DNA from: Pelagomonas calceolata
Lineage: Eukaryota
Direction: 5' to 3'
Length of the DNA: 64,000 nt
Assembly (NCBI GenBank): GCA_918797485.1
Contig: CAKKNE010000002.1
Coordinates: 4,092,001 to 4,156,000 of the forward strand
Within the stretch, counting starts at the first letter, position 1. Every line of letters starts with the position of its first letter. Below are positions 20,601-30,041 of the stretch, one piece after another. The notes under the pieces are model-generated. The model was not told the origin of the DNA. It ran no database searches and worked only from the letters and a program-made list of their open reading frames with translations. Made by a program: the position numbers and the translations under genes.

Positions 20601-22654
20601 GGCAGCGTCGCCTCCGCTTTTATAAGGTCGCGCCCGTCCAGCAGGCCCGTCTCGCGCATCTCGAGCGTCGCCTCCTCGAAGCGGAACAGGATCATCAGCA
20701 GGCCGTAGTTCACGAACACGAACGCCGCGACGGCCGCGACGTTGCCGGCGTCGGTGAGCATCGCGCAGTAGCGCTCCGCCGCCGCCGTCCATTTGCCGAG
20801 CTCGCTCCGGTACTCGAGGACGTACGGTAGATATTGGCGGGTCATGTTCTGCGCGCGCTCCATTTCGACGGCGAGGACTTGCGCGGCGTCGGTCAGGCGC
20901 GAGACGTCTTGCGCGACGTCGACGCCGAGGCCCGTCGCGTTCAGGGCCGCGTCCAGGGTACTGGCGGCGCTCGCGACGCCCGCGACCGCATCGTACTGGG
21001 CGACTTGGGCGCACGACGCGTTGGTGAGGCGGTCGAAGCTACTTGTACACGAAGCATTGTAGTAAGACGCCACGATTGCGTCAACGTCGTCCAGGTCGTC
21101 CTCGAGGTTCCCGAGCCGCTTCTCAACAGTGATCGCCACGAGCCACGTCAGATACGCGAGCGCGGCGATGACTGTCACCGCTACCAACCACGCGGCGGCT
21201 ACCGCGGCGATGAGCCGCGCGGCCGGGTGGTAGCTCCGGTCGCGGACGCGGTCCTCCCAGGCCGTCTCCGCGCCCTCGGGCAGGTGCAGGCGGTCGAGGC
21301 GCGGCTCGTCGCGCGCGTCCCCCTGGGCCTTGAAGAGCGCCCCGCACAGCGAATTCGTGCAGCACTCAAACGCGAGCCGCCGCGAGTAGAGCTGGACCCG
21401 GCGGGCGCCGCGCTTCGCGACCCTGAAGGACCTGTCGTCGTCCTCGGACGAGCCGCTCTGCCGGACAAAGTCCTCGTACGCGCCGTCGCCCTTCTCCAAG
21501 ATCGCCTGGGCGCGTCGCTGCAGGGGCCGCGGCCGCTTCGTCGGGTCGTGCGCGCGTTCGGCGAGGTCGTGGCCACCGAACGGGCCCGGACAGGCGCCCG
21601 GTGGGTGAATGAGCGCGGCGAGCAATGCGCGCTGCTCGGCCTCCTTGTAGAGGTGCGAAGGAGCCCAGGTCGGGTCGCGCAGCGTCCCGCGGAGCAGCGC
21701 GCGCCAGGCGTCCGCCCTCGGGCGCCAGGCGCGCGGGAGCGCGCCGGGCGCCTCGGCCTTCAGGTCCGCGAGGAGCGCCTCGTCGCGCGCCAGCGCTTTT
21801 TCGAGGACCGCACGCTCGACGGAATCCTTCTCCCGCGCCAGGCGGTCGCGCGTCGCCTCCACACGTTTCGCCTGCTCGGCCGCGTCGTGCGGCGCGAATG
21901 CCACAGCGATCACGAGGGCGTAAGCCAGGACCGCCACGAGCAGCGCGTCGCAGATCAAGATGATCGCGCAGCCGATGACATGAACAATACTCCGGGACTT
22001 CGCGGTCGCGTCGAGCGGGCGCTCGTGGTTCCAGTAGGTCAGGCGCGCGTCGCGCGCGACGGCGACGAAGAGACTCGCCGCCGCCGCGACGAGCCAGTGC
22101 CAGCGCCGCAATTGGCACCTGTTGCGCTGCCTTGATTTCACGGAGGCGTTGTTCGCGCCGCACACGGCCGCCATGAAAATGATTTCCAGTAGCATGTCCG
22201 CGTAGAAGTTGGAGGCCCAGCCGTCCCGGTCCACAAAAACCGCGTACAGAAGCTTGCCGAAGCTTGATTCGGGCTCGTGCTCGTATAATTTCTCGCGCTG
22301 CGCGCACTCCCAGCGGTACATGCTGTCATCACATTTCTTCAAAGGAGCGAGCAGGAGCACGTAGACGCCCCGCAGCACGAGCCGGAAGATCACGATCGCC
22401 GGAAAGTATTGCGAGAGGTGCGAGTTCCGCAGCAGTTGCCAGCAGTTCAGTAAGTACCGCTCGAGATACGCCGTGGCCTCGTCGATCGCGCGCGGGACGG
22501 ACCACCGTCTGTGCTTCGCCTGCCGGTCGGGCGGCTTTTCGTGGCGCGCGACGCAGGCGCCTTCTACAGCAGCTACATGACGCGCCACCGGCGACTCCAC
22601 GTCTTGGTGCGCCCTTGCCTCCTTCTTCGTGCGCGCCCGGCCCCCTCCGAACAT
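17609..22654 (-). CDS. Multi-pass STRA6/RBP-receptor-like membrane protein fused to EF-hand, RhoGAP-like and SH3 domains
   Basis: Many TM segments. STRA6-like LDPGYNTFASTVMLSERHNNPVM and IYVLTLHPSL; EF loop DKDQDGLVSVDDL; RhoGAP-like PGLWMRHG...DPHAV...LPPFHREVLTRLAKHLGKIV...LAAATAPLIF; SH3 VVRAFVAHSPNELSVNEGDVV...EGYVPHKFV. First ATG is 22654. Confidence 0.8.
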   Translation of the reverse strand: MFGGGRARTKKEARAHQDVESPVARHVAAVEGACVARHEKPPDRQAKHRRWSVPRAIDEATAYLERYLLNCWQLLRNSHLSQYFPAIVIFRLVLRGVYVLLLAPLKKCDDSMYRWECAQREKLYEHEPESSFGKLLYAVFVDRDGWASNFYADMLLEIIFMAAVCGANNASVKSRQRNRCQLRRWHWLVAAAASLFVAVARDARLTYWNHERPLDATAKSRSIVHVIGCAIILICDALLVAVLAYALVIAVAFAPHDAAEQAKRVEATRDRLAREKDSVERAVLEKALARDEALLADLKAEAPGALPRAWRPRADAWRALLRGTLRDPTWAPSHLYKEAEQRALLAALIHPPGACPGPFGGHDLAERAHDPTKRPRPLQRRAQAILEKGDGAYEDFVRQSGSSEDDDRSFRVAKRGARRVQLYSRRLAFECCTNSLCGALFKAQGDARDEPRLDRLHLPEGAETAWEDRVRDRSYHPAARLIAAVAAAWLVAVTVIAALAYLTWLVAITVEKRLGNLEDDLDDVDAIVASYYNASCTSSFDRLTNASCAQVAQYDAVAGVASAASTLDAALNATGLGVDVAQDVSRLTDAAQVLAVEMERAQNMTRQYLPYVLEYRSELGKWTAAAERYCAMLTDAGNVAAVAAFVFVNYGLLMILFRFEEATLEMRETGLLDGRDLIKAEATLPRTLGDRLWRGFITPAAPYAIRFMGVVVAHALVVSAICFLGAGLVVFAWNAWEAQEAARRYVVELLGGAIVPLLVLWLFNMLLFVFLNKFISDGTYVHHRNCFDLWDFVLGMWDLIVGPVAGPLRVLVLYLIATINVFRVDVSLFTGNIGWLDPGYNTFASTVMLSERHNNPVMCAASRLILSAVEDAYARRVRPAHCLAFAAPAPSRALACRLQSDELARILDDVLLGGRVPSSLKRGELADAWRALHLIYVLTLHPSLEPYNVAAWRARPISGSLWRRAYPRLKARKEHEATKLRRKVREAVADHELRGAPMRAAFLGHVDELEEILEMEATAPSPVAEPHASSKKGAWRHAAERALKHRRPASPTSEKAVALDADAIQDPEHLVDVALPFQLGHLRTAFRLLDKDQDGLVSVDDLRFHYQSQGCEISSEEALGLVDAISCARKGYYALVDDDLREVAVAPGFDLPEFVAFCVWRLASEEPAACASSICSGLGLDAETRRALSETLFVRMKGFDERVADVSAQVASTLSFHQFWEHVVKRTKLHKGPFGARRRTARLQFELLAQGARGAALSTGIEGAISSGCGAAFASHATPGADGASFARVSAFFGATCCRVGAEDDDDAFEQGGDGPPDEHVEVDVDDDDDDLPPWTAGDAEVMRGALDALDGDERALCAPGLWMRHGDEARSAAVRVVLEAKPAIAAAIDAGDPHAVIDAVAALLRERAPLATLGRRQAFIRAATEPSPSRGVAGQRHHLCILLGELPPFHREVLTRLAKHLGKIVRRRRLNGASWRGLAAATAPLIFGHGVAADADEALWATVACARLLRTVNAAAGGPKSPTPSPPTSPASTAAASPVSPSPSPRKPSPVAIATPRSIELSPSEPAATPRPAPEPPATPQRSPEPVATPPKPKAAPIAPPEPAPAPATVTPSRGERRCVVVRAFVAHSPNELSVNEGDVVLVPAADLAKFGSLVYARKTDGSDREGYVPHKFVREGSRR

Positions 22655-22898
22655 GATGATTGCTAGCTTTTGCCGGCAGTGGCAGGAGCCAGGGAATACC
22701 TTGGTTGCTTGAAAGCTAGCTAGCTGCCCGTGGTGCGCATTGTGCACTTTGTGGGTCTTTACGGGCTGCTTGGGGCAGCGTTTTGGCACAGCGCCTTGAG
22801 ACCCAATCACAAACCTAGTATGTCTCACACTAACCCACAAAACTGGCCGCGCGGCGTCCAGTGCGCGCCCTTGAGGCTAGGCTAGGCTATCTATAATA

Positions 22899-23423
22899 TT
22901 ACCTCGCTATCCGCAGCGCCTCGTCGTCGCCCCGCGGCGTCCAGTAGACGCCCGCGCGGCACGCCTCCTCGGCCGAGAACTGGCGTCGTTCTTCCCGCCG
23001 CCGCGCCGCGTGCACGATACAAAAGCCGCCGAAGAGAATGGTGAGGAGCACGACGCCGCCAAGGACCCAGAGCGCCGCCGTGGCGAACGTGTCGGCGTCG
23101 GTCGGTGCCGCGTCGTCGTCGCCGTCGTCGTCCGAGCAGCGGCTCGCGGCTGCGAGCCCCGCCCGGGCCTCGGTCGTGTTCGTGGCGTTGCAAAAGCGCT
23201 CGAGGTCCGCGCCACAGGTCGCTCGCGCGACGGCCTCGGTGCAGTTCCAGGCCGTCGGCGCGGCGGACGGCAGCGGACTCGGAACGGCCGTCGGCTGGCG
23301 CGTCGGCTGGTGCGTCGGTCGCGGCGTCGGCTGGCGCGTCGGTCGCGGCGTCGGCTGGCGCGTCGGCCGCGGTGTGGGGCTGCCCCATACGGCCACCAGC
23401 AAGAGCCAGCCCCACGCATGCAT
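22899..23423 (-). CDS. Small type I membrane protein with PTRQPTPR mucin-like repeats
   Basis: Signal peptide MHAWGWLLLVAVWG, PT-rich repeats, Cys-rich segment, TM ALWVLGGVVLLTILFGGFCIV. Confidence 0.7.
   Translation of the reverse strand: MHAWGWLLLVAVWGSPTPRPTRQPTPRPTRQPTPRPTHQPTRQPTAVPSPLPSAAPTAWNCTEAVARATCGADLERFCNATNTTEARAGLAAASRCSDDDGDDDAAPTDADTFATAALWVLGGVVLLTILFGGFCIVHAARRREERRQFSAEEACRAGVYWTPRGDDEALRIAR
23288..23372. repeat. Coding tandem repeat (12/24 bp units, CGTCGGCTGGCGCGTCGGTCGCGG)
   Basis: Directly visible; encodes PTRQPTPR. Confidence 0.85.
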
Positions 23424-23726
23424 CCAGCATTCAGCGGGCGACGTTCTGGACCATGGCTTCGCTGCGTAGCCGTTGTCTAGGCTGCTGGTATGCAGCGCTC
23501 TGATTGATTTTTTGCAATCTAGTGTGTTACTACGCTGGCACAGCATCATCGGCGCCGCACTGGGGCAGCCCAGAACGACCCGCAGCGCTCGTAAAAACGG
23601 CGGCCGTCCCTCCCTGGGCCTGGGCCCTGATTGGGCTCATTGTGGGCATCCCATTTTGTGCCCAGCTCAATTGTTACATCGAGAAGAAGCGCGAGGAATG
23701 CGCGAAAAGAGATGAGGTAGACGCAA

Positions 23727-24110
23727 ATGTGTGATGATGCCTCCGATGGCGTCTGCGCCACGGGCTCGTTCCTGCTCGGCGGCTTTTCCGGCGGCATGGG
23801 CGGCTTTGTTGGAATGCTCCTTGGGGCGCCGGTGTTCGGCGTCTTCGGCGGCGTGACGCTCGGCGTCCTCGCGGGCGCCTACCCGAACGGCCCGCCGCGC
23901 GCCGTCCTCGCGACCGTCGTCGCGGCCGCGGCGCCGGCGGCCTACGCGAGCTGCGCAATCGTAAGGACGCGCGACGCCGGCGTGCTGTTCGCCTGCGCAG
24001 TATTTACATCCGGTGCGGCGAGCCTGGCCCTCTTCGCGAGCGGGGCCCTCGCGGCGCATCGGAGGCGGCTCGAGGTCGAGGAGGAGCTCCTCAAGGAGAC
24101 GTCGGTATGA
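23727..24110 (+). CDS. Small hypothetical multi-pass membrane protein
   Basis: 127 aa ORF with about 4 Gly/Ala-rich hydrophobic segments and GC-rich third codon positions. Confidence 0.55.
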   Translation: MCDDASDGVCATGSFLLGGFSGGMGGFVGMLLGAPVFGVFGGVTLGVLAGAYPNGPPRAVLATVVAAAAPAAYASCAIVRTRDAGVLFACAVFTSGAASLALFASGALAAHRRRLEVEEELLKETSV

Positions 24111-24264
24111 TACGTCTGCTCGATGGCGTGGATGCTGGCGCCCGTCTCACGACTCGGGCGCCGTCGACGACTGGAACGCGGCGTGCGGTCACTCAGATGA
24201 CCCGCTGGTGGCTAGGCGGCCTAGCTCTAAGCAAAGCAACAGGAACTAGGAATCTCAACCTTAC

Positions 24265-25710
24265 TCATGACTGCGTCGACCGCTGCTCGCGGACCGTCCC
24301 GCGCGTCCGTCTTTTTCGACGCACGGTCTTCCGCTTCCGCTTGACAGAGTCCTCGGGCCACTCCGCGTCGAGCTCATCCAAGAACCCCGCCACATCCGAC
24401 GACACCTTGCAGACGGCGCTCCGTGTCGCGTACTCCTCGACCTCCTCGATCGACGGCCAGGAGACGTTTATCGCGTTCACTTTCTCGGCCTTGTCCCTTA
24501 TTCTTCGCAGTAGTCTTTCTTCGGACTCCTGCTTGCGTTGACGAGCCATGCCTTCTTCTTCTCGTCGTCTTCTGTGTTCAATCCTGACAATCTTGTGGAA
24601 GCAAGTCAGAAATTCCGCGCCGTCGACGAGGCCGTCGCCGTGGCGATCTAACACACCCATCAACGCAGCTAACTCCGCCGGTGTGAGCGTGATCCGTAAA
24701 CAGACTTTCAGGAAGTGTTTGAGAGTGGTAGCGTCCATGTTCGACCCCTTCTTGAAGGGGTTTAAGTCTGGTGCGGCCGCGCCTCTCAGAGCCCCTCGCG
24801 CGATCTTTGCCAACTTGCCCAACGCAGACGCCTCGTCGTCCTCCGTGTAGTCCTCCAACAAAGCCTCTTCGTCCCTCGCGAAGAACCTTTCATGGATCGC
24901 CTCCTCGACGTCCCGTTGCCGTCGTTGCCGCTGCTCCCGCGATCGCCGTTCCTCGTCGAAGCGCGCTGATCTTAATTCAGCACTCAACCGGAAGAACCTC
25001 GAAGCAAATTCCCCACCATCAACTAACCCGTCTTCATTGGCGAAGAAGGCCATGACCGCCGCGAGTTCCGACGGGTCGAGTTGCACGTTGAAAACCACGC
25101 GTAATTGCTGCCAGAAGGATGAGGGAGTCAGGGGCCCGCCCTCCGAGAAAGGAGTTAGTGCAGGACCTTTGGGTGGCGGCGCCCAGGCACCAGCCGCGGC
25201 CTCCAACTTCCGCAGACCCCGGTCGCGGTCCTCATCACTCCACGTCGCAGCTACAGCGACCTGCGCCTGCTTCCGATGTTTAGCAACAACGGCAGCTTCC
25301 CGTTCCAACTTCCGCTCCAGGAAGTAGGAGTTGTCCTCCCTTGCCAATCGTTCCCGTTTCGTCTTCTCTTCCGTTTTCACGTCAGACAGGTGTTTGGCGA
25401 ACTCCTTCGCAGCGACGGTCCCGTCGCCGTCGTTGTCGAAGGCGCAGAACAACATGCCGAGCTCCTTCGCATTCAGCTTCACGTTCAGAGAACGCATCTG
25501 CTTGGCGAAAGCCTTCGGGTCCAAGTCGGCGCCCGTCGCGAGCTGCCTGAGCTCCTTCTGGTCAATCACAAAAGCGCCCCGGGCGAGTTTTCTCCTCGTC
25601 AAAGCCCATCGCGGCGAGTCGAGCATGGCGCGCCTTTCGTTTATGTTGGGCAGGATGAGACTCCCTCTTGTGGACAGCGCCGACGCGTCGTCGAGGTGGT
25701 GGTAGGACAT
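24265..25710 (-). CDS. EF-hand protein with three internal repeats and coiled coils
   Basis: FDNDGDGTVAAKEF, FANEDGLVDGGEF, LDRHGDGLVDGAEF, each preceded by L..(K/S/A)EL. Confidence 0.85.
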   Translation of the reverse strand: MSYHHLDDASALSTRGSLILPNINERRAMLDSPRWALTRRKLARGAFVIDQKELRQLATGADLDPKAFAKQMRSLNVKLNAKELGMLFCAFDNDGDGTVAAKEFAKHLSDVKTEEKTKRERLAREDNSYFLERKLEREAAVVAKHRKQAQVAVAATWSDEDRDRGLRKLEAAAGAWAPPPKGPALTPFSEGGPLTPSSFWQQLRVVFNVQLDPSELAAVMAFFANEDGLVDGGEFASRFFRLSAELRSARFDEERRSREQRQRRQRDVEEAIHERFFARDEEALLEDYTEDDEASALGKLAKIARGALRGAAAPDLNPFKKGSNMDATTLKHFLKVCLRITLTPAELAALMGVLDRHGDGLVDGAEFLTCFHKIVRIEHRRRREEEGMARQRKQESEERLLRRIRDKAEKVNAINVSWPSIEEVEEYATRSAVCKVSSDVAGFLDELDAEWPEDSVKRKRKTVRRKRRTRGTVREQRSTQS

Positions 25711-26139
25711 GCCTGCTGCGCGTTGTGTTGGGGCAGCCCCCTCGGTGGTTCTGGCGGTCTCTGCGCTTTCCTGGGGCGCCTTTTTGGCCCTGGTGTCTCT
25801 GGCGTCTCTGTGGCGCTGTCCCGGGTGTGACCGGGACGCTGGTTGACAACGGACGCGTCGGCGGCCTTCCTGACGCGCGGCGAGGACTGGTGGGGCGGTG
25901 GTGCTGGATTTGCTAGTGTCTTTGTGTCTTTAGCTTTTCATCGATCTCCAGCCAAAAAAAACAGCGTGGTCTTGCCCACACGATTGCCGGTCACCGCCAC
26001 CAGGTTAGCAGGTAGGCAGTAGGAGCTCCGTTCCGGGAGCTGTCGCTTTCGCGCTGCCGGCGTCGGCCCTGCCGGCTGCATTGCCACTGTTGCACAACTC
26101 CCGCCTGCGGCGGTCGCGGGCGGTCCCGGCCCGGCAACC

Positions 26140-27612
26140 ATGGTGAAACATGCCGCATTCATGCGCCGGAAGGAGAAGAAGGTCGAGGCGCCCGCGCCGA
26201 GCGCGCCCGCCGCGCCGGCGCCGACCGCGCCCGCGCCGGCGCCCGCCGCGCCCGCGCCGCCGCCGCCGAAACCCAAGCCTAAGGCGTCCTGGGGCGCGCC
26301 GTCGCCCGCGCCGACCGCGTCAAAACCCAAGGCCTCGTGGGCCGCGCCGTCGCCGAAGCCGACGGCGTCGCCGGGCGCCGCCGCGCCCCGCAAGGCGTCC
26401 TGGGGCGCCGCCCTCGGCGGCGCGAACAAGCCGAAGCTCAGCTGGAGCCAGCTCGGCGGCGCGGCCAAAACCAAAGCCAAGGATATACGTATCGGCGACG
26501 CGCCGCCTCCCAAGGCCTCCTGGGGCAGCGCGCTCGGGAAAGAACGTACGAACTCCGAGGAGAGCCCGCGCAGCGTCGTCTCGAGCCCCGTCCAGGCGAA
26601 GGAGGCCACCTCCACGAAGCGAGGCTGGGGCGACGCGACTGGTAACCCTGTCAAGAGACAAAAGACGGAAGACCCGGAGAGCTGCGTGGTTTTAGCGTGC
26701 AAGTACGACACGCCGAACAGGAACAAGGACTGTCCCGACCACGTGCGGTTGGACGCGTTGCAGAAACTGTACCCTTCGTTTCGGGTCGTCGGGTGCTCGG
26801 AGTATCGCCCGGGGCCCAAGTCCTTAGATTCAAAGTCGGGCAAGGCCGACGACGTCATCATGGGCCAAGCTAACACAAAGGAGGACACGCACATCTCCGC
26901 GAATTTCAAGAAGACGCTACGGGAGATCTTGCGGGGGCGGAACCCGAAAGTGCTCATGTTGGACTACTTCTGGCTCCAGCCGGGCTACTACGAGGAGCGA
27001 TATGGGATGAATTTTTTATCATCAAAGGTGGATTCCGATGTGGGATCTAAGATAAGAGAACTGTTCATATCGCACCAGTGCCAGGTCATGCTGCTACCAT
27101 GCGACTCGCGGGGCGCGGTGCGGGAAATGTACAAGAACTCGTTTGATGACCGGCCGGACTGCGTCTGCATCGACTTCGTCGATGAAAGGGATGGCCTGAA
27201 GCACCATCCTCTCGTCAGGGCGACGCGGCATATCGATAGTGAATTGAAGGACCTCGCGAAGCGCGTCCAACACTCCAAAGGCAGGTGGCACGACATGCAG
27301 ATGTTAAGGTTACAAAATCCGGAGCCCTTCCTCGTGGCCTACCGGAAAGGTTTAGATTGGCGCGCGTATTTGGATGAAAGATGCATCCTGGGCGTCGCCG
27401 CGGAGCCGTCTCCCCTGGAGATCCGGCCGCCGCCGCCTCCAACGACAACAAAAAAGCGGCGGTCGCGGTCTACTACTCCGCCAGTGGTTGTTAGTGCTCC
27501 CGCGGACGTGTCCTCGGACGACGAGCCCGTCGGGTTGATCATAGCGAGGCAGGGCGGCGACGTGTCGTCGGACGACGAGCCCGTGGGGCTGTTGGTGCCG
27601 GCGAGCGCCTGA
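26140..27612 (+). CDS. Hypothetical protein with Pro/Ala-rich KASWG repeats and an unassigned globular domain
   Basis: 490 aa ORF; (K)ASWG-like motif about 6 times; DVSSDDEPVGL twice near the C-terminus. Confidence 0.7.
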   Translation: MVKHAAFMRRKEKKVEAPAPSAPAAPAPTAPAPAPAAPAPPPPKPKPKASWGAPSPAPTASKPKASWAAPSPKPTASPGAAAPRKASWGAALGGANKPKLSWSQLGGAAKTKAKDIRIGDAPPPKASWGSALGKERTNSEESPRSVVSSPVQAKEATSTKRGWGDATGNPVKRQKTEDPESCVVLACKYDTPNRNKDCPDHVRLDALQKLYPSFRVVGCSEYRPGPKSLDSKSGKADDVIMGQANTKEDTHISANFKKTLREILRGRNPKVLMLDYFWLQPGYYEERYGMNFLSSKVDSDVGSKIRELFISHQCQVMLLPCDSRGAVREMYKNSFDDRPDCVCIDFVDERDGLKHHPLVRATRHIDSELKDLAKRVQHSKGRWHDMQMLRLQNPEPFLVAYRKGLDWRAYLDERCILGVAAEPSPLEIRPPPPPTTTKKRRSRSTTPPVVVSAPADVSSDDEPVGLIIARQGGDVSSDDEPVGLLVPASA

Positions 27613-27840
27613 TGATTTTTCTCTTAAGTTATAGTTACTCCGTTTACCTTCGTTGTTTTAAGGACCAATGAGGTGGGGATGGGCCGATGGAACAAAAAAG
27701 GAGCACCGGGCTCTTTTCGCGTCCATCGGGCCCCACACACCCACTCGCGCTGCACCGAGCGCGTACCCTCTGTCCTACGGCCCCGGCAACCCCGCCGGGC
27801 AGCCCCTGATCACCGCATCACAAGCACGAGCGCAGCTAAA

Positions 27841-28107
27841 ATGTTTGGGTGGCTCAAGGGAAGCGGCAAGACGCCGGCTGCCCGCCGGCAAGAGCTCCGC
27901 GACGCGGCCAAGCTCCCGAAGGGCACGACGACAGAGGCCAGGTCGCCCGTCAAGCGGCGCAACACGGCCCCGGCGTTCTCGCGCGAACAATGCCGCCGCG
28001 ACCGCGCGATGATGTCCTCGTCGTTCCGCCGGCGCATGACCTGGCAGCAGTCTTTGTGCGTGGCGCCCGTCATCCAGCTTCCAGCTTCGGAGCGCCTGGC
28101 GAAGTAG
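27841..28107 (+). CDS. Small basic hypothetical protein
   Basis: ATG 27841 (MFGWLKGSGK...), GC-rich third positions, fills a gap between genes; no recognisable domain. Confidence 0.4.
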   Translation: MFGWLKGSGKTPAARRQELRDAAKLPKGTTTEARSPVKRRNTAPAFSREQCRRDRAMMSSSFRRRMTWQQSLCVAPVIQLPASERLAK

Positions 28108-28265
28108 GCCCCTCTTCCCCCGTCCGCACCTTAACTTTATGTCTCCTCTCTATCGCGCGCGCGCCGACTCGAGCGCGCCCTCACTGGGCCATGGTCGAGG
28201 TCCGCGGTTCGGAAGGCCGGCTAGCCGTGCCGACAAAACTAAACGTGATACTACTATGTACATTA

Positions 28266-29447
28266 CTAGCCCCCGATCTTGACCATGGGCCGGTTCTCGG
28301 ACGCGTTCCGCGCGACGCCCTCGGCGTTCCCGTGGCCGCCGTGCTTGAAGTGCTTCTTCAGGAGGGCGCCCTGTATTAAATCGCCGAGCTCCCGGTCCGA
28401 CACGCCGCTTCGTAAAGCGTCCCTCAACGAAACAGAATCGGACCCGAACAAACACGTTTTGAGCGACCCGTCGGCCGTCACGCGCACGCGATTGCACGAC
28501 CCACAGAAGTGCTCGGACATGGACGTGATGAAGCCCACTTGTGAAGAGCCAGCGGTCCACCATTTCGTCGTGTCGTGTCTATCACTAGATGGGAGCGGCA
28601 CCAAGGGAGGCAGCATCTTCATCATTTCCGCGTAGGGCACCAACCGTTTCGCGTCGTAGGCGTTGCCCGAGAAGGGCATCCACTCGATGAAGCGGACTTT
28701 CACGGACGAGTCCCACCTTTCTGCGAAAGCTGCTAGTTCGTGCTCGTTCTCGCCTCGCAGCACCACACAATTGACCTTAACATTTAAACCGAGGGAAGCG
28801 CACGCGTCGATCGCATCCAGGACCCGTTTATGGGTCGATGATGGCCGCCGCGTCATGCGCGAGAAAACGTCGGCGTCGAGCGAGTCCAGGGAAATGTTGA
28901 CCGAGTCCACGCCCGAGGCTGCCAGCGCATCCACTAGTCTCACACCATCCGACCGCGATAGCAGCTTCATGCCGTTCGTCGTGAGGCCCAGCGATTTCAC
29001 ACCAGGATTGTCCCGCTTGATCGATGAACAGATGTCCACCAAATCTCTTCGCAGCGTCGGCTCGCCGCCCGTCAATCTAACTTTGGACGCGCCGGCCCGC
29101 GCGAAGACGTTGATGACGCGCTCGACCTCTTTTGTTGTCAGTAACTCATGTGAGGGCGTCAAATCGGAAACGCCCTCGGCCGGCATGCAGTACCTACATC
29201 TCAAATTGCACCGCTCGGTGAGCGACATGCGGAGGTAGCCGTGGAAGCGTCGATATGAATCCGTCAGGACGTCGCGCGGCAATGCGTGCGTGTCCCTCGG
29301 CATCGCCTCGAGCGGCGGCGGTATTGATGGCCTCCGTAAAAAGTCGGCGAAGGACGGCCCCTGGGGGAGCGGGCGGCGCTGCGGCAGCGCCGTGGACTTC
29401 TGTCTTCTCAGGAAGAGGCGCCGCCGCGCGCGCAAGCGCAGCAGCAT
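28266..29447 (-). CDS. moaA: GTP 3',8-cyclase (molybdenum cofactor biosynthesis protein A, CNX2/MOCS1A)
   Basis: YLRMSLTERCNLRCRYCMP, KVRLTGGEP, VNISLDSL, RFIEWMPF, HFCGSCNRVRVTADGSLKTCLF, C-terminal MVKIGG. Confidence 0.96.
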   Translation of the reverse strand: MLLRLRARRRLFLRRQKSTALPQRRPLPQGPSFADFLRRPSIPPPLEAMPRDTHALPRDVLTDSYRRFHGYLRMSLTERCNLRCRYCMPAEGVSDLTPSHELLTTKEVERVINVFARAGASKVRLTGGEPTLRRDLVDICSSIKRDNPGVKSLGLTTNGMKLLSRSDGVRLVDALAASGVDSVNISLDSLDADVFSRMTRRPSSTHKRVLDAIDACASLGLNVKVNCVVLRGENEHELAAFAERWDSSVKVRFIEWMPFSGNAYDAKRLVPYAEMMKMLPPLVPLPSSDRHDTTKWWTAGSSQVGFITSMSEHFCGSCNRVRVTADGSLKTCLFGSDSVSLRDALRSGVSDRELGDLIQGALLKKHFKHGGHGNAEGVARNASENRPMVKIGG

Positions 29448-29747
29448 GGTGGCTGAAGGGCTGGAGGCAAGGTGGCCGAGCGCTGCTTTTTGCGACGCGC
29501 GTCGCCGGCGTCGATCGCTACGCGTGAAATGCGTCTACTTTGCACTGCTATCGGCACGCGTGTCGCATCGCTGCGAATGGCAGCGTCTTGTGATGCAAAG
29601 AGCAGCAGGCAAGTTGACATAGCAGTTTTCCCTTTCGCCACCCGTCCCGGAACGGGTCCGAGGACGACGGTCCGTACACGTCGTAGAGGTGAGCGACAAG
29701 AATTGAAACAGCAAAGCCCGCACGCCTCCTGTTCCACGCCCCAGGGT

Positions 29748-29962
29748 CTTTGCCAATGCGCTGCCGAGCAGCAGCGCCGTGGCAGGAAGAGGCGCCGCGC
29801 GCCGAGGTGGAGCGCTGCTTTTTGCGCGATCGCTGACGCGTGTCGCACTTGTGATGCAAAGAGCACGGCGACGTATCGTGCAGCTTTGCCAATGCGCTGC
29901 CGAGCAGGCGTGGGGAGCGGTGGCGCGCCGAGACGCTGACGCACGGCGACGTATCGTGCAGC
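29748..29962. repeat. Mosaic of short direct repeats, including a deletion-condensed copy of 29384-29604
   Basis: Collinear blocks shared with the MoaA 5' region; CTTTGCCAATGCGCTGCCGAGCAG twice; GCACGGCGACGTATCGTGCAGC twice. Confidence 0.85.
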
Positions 29963-30041
29963 GCCGGATCGCAGCGCGCGAATCGGGTAGCCCTTTCGCA
30001 CTAGCGCACAGCCCCACCTGAAACCCAGGGCAGCCAGCACG

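Noticed and set aside
11332..22307. Many long overlapping Arg/Ala/Pro-rich ORFs (e.g. 11332-12795, 20834-22135, 21366-22307)
   Set aside because: Expected off-frame and antisense ORFs in GC-rich coding DNA; no motifs.
23504..23734. Short ORF with a TM-like segment (WAWALIGLIVGIPF)
   Set aside because: No in-frame ATG or convincing splice found; it may be real but is unsupported.
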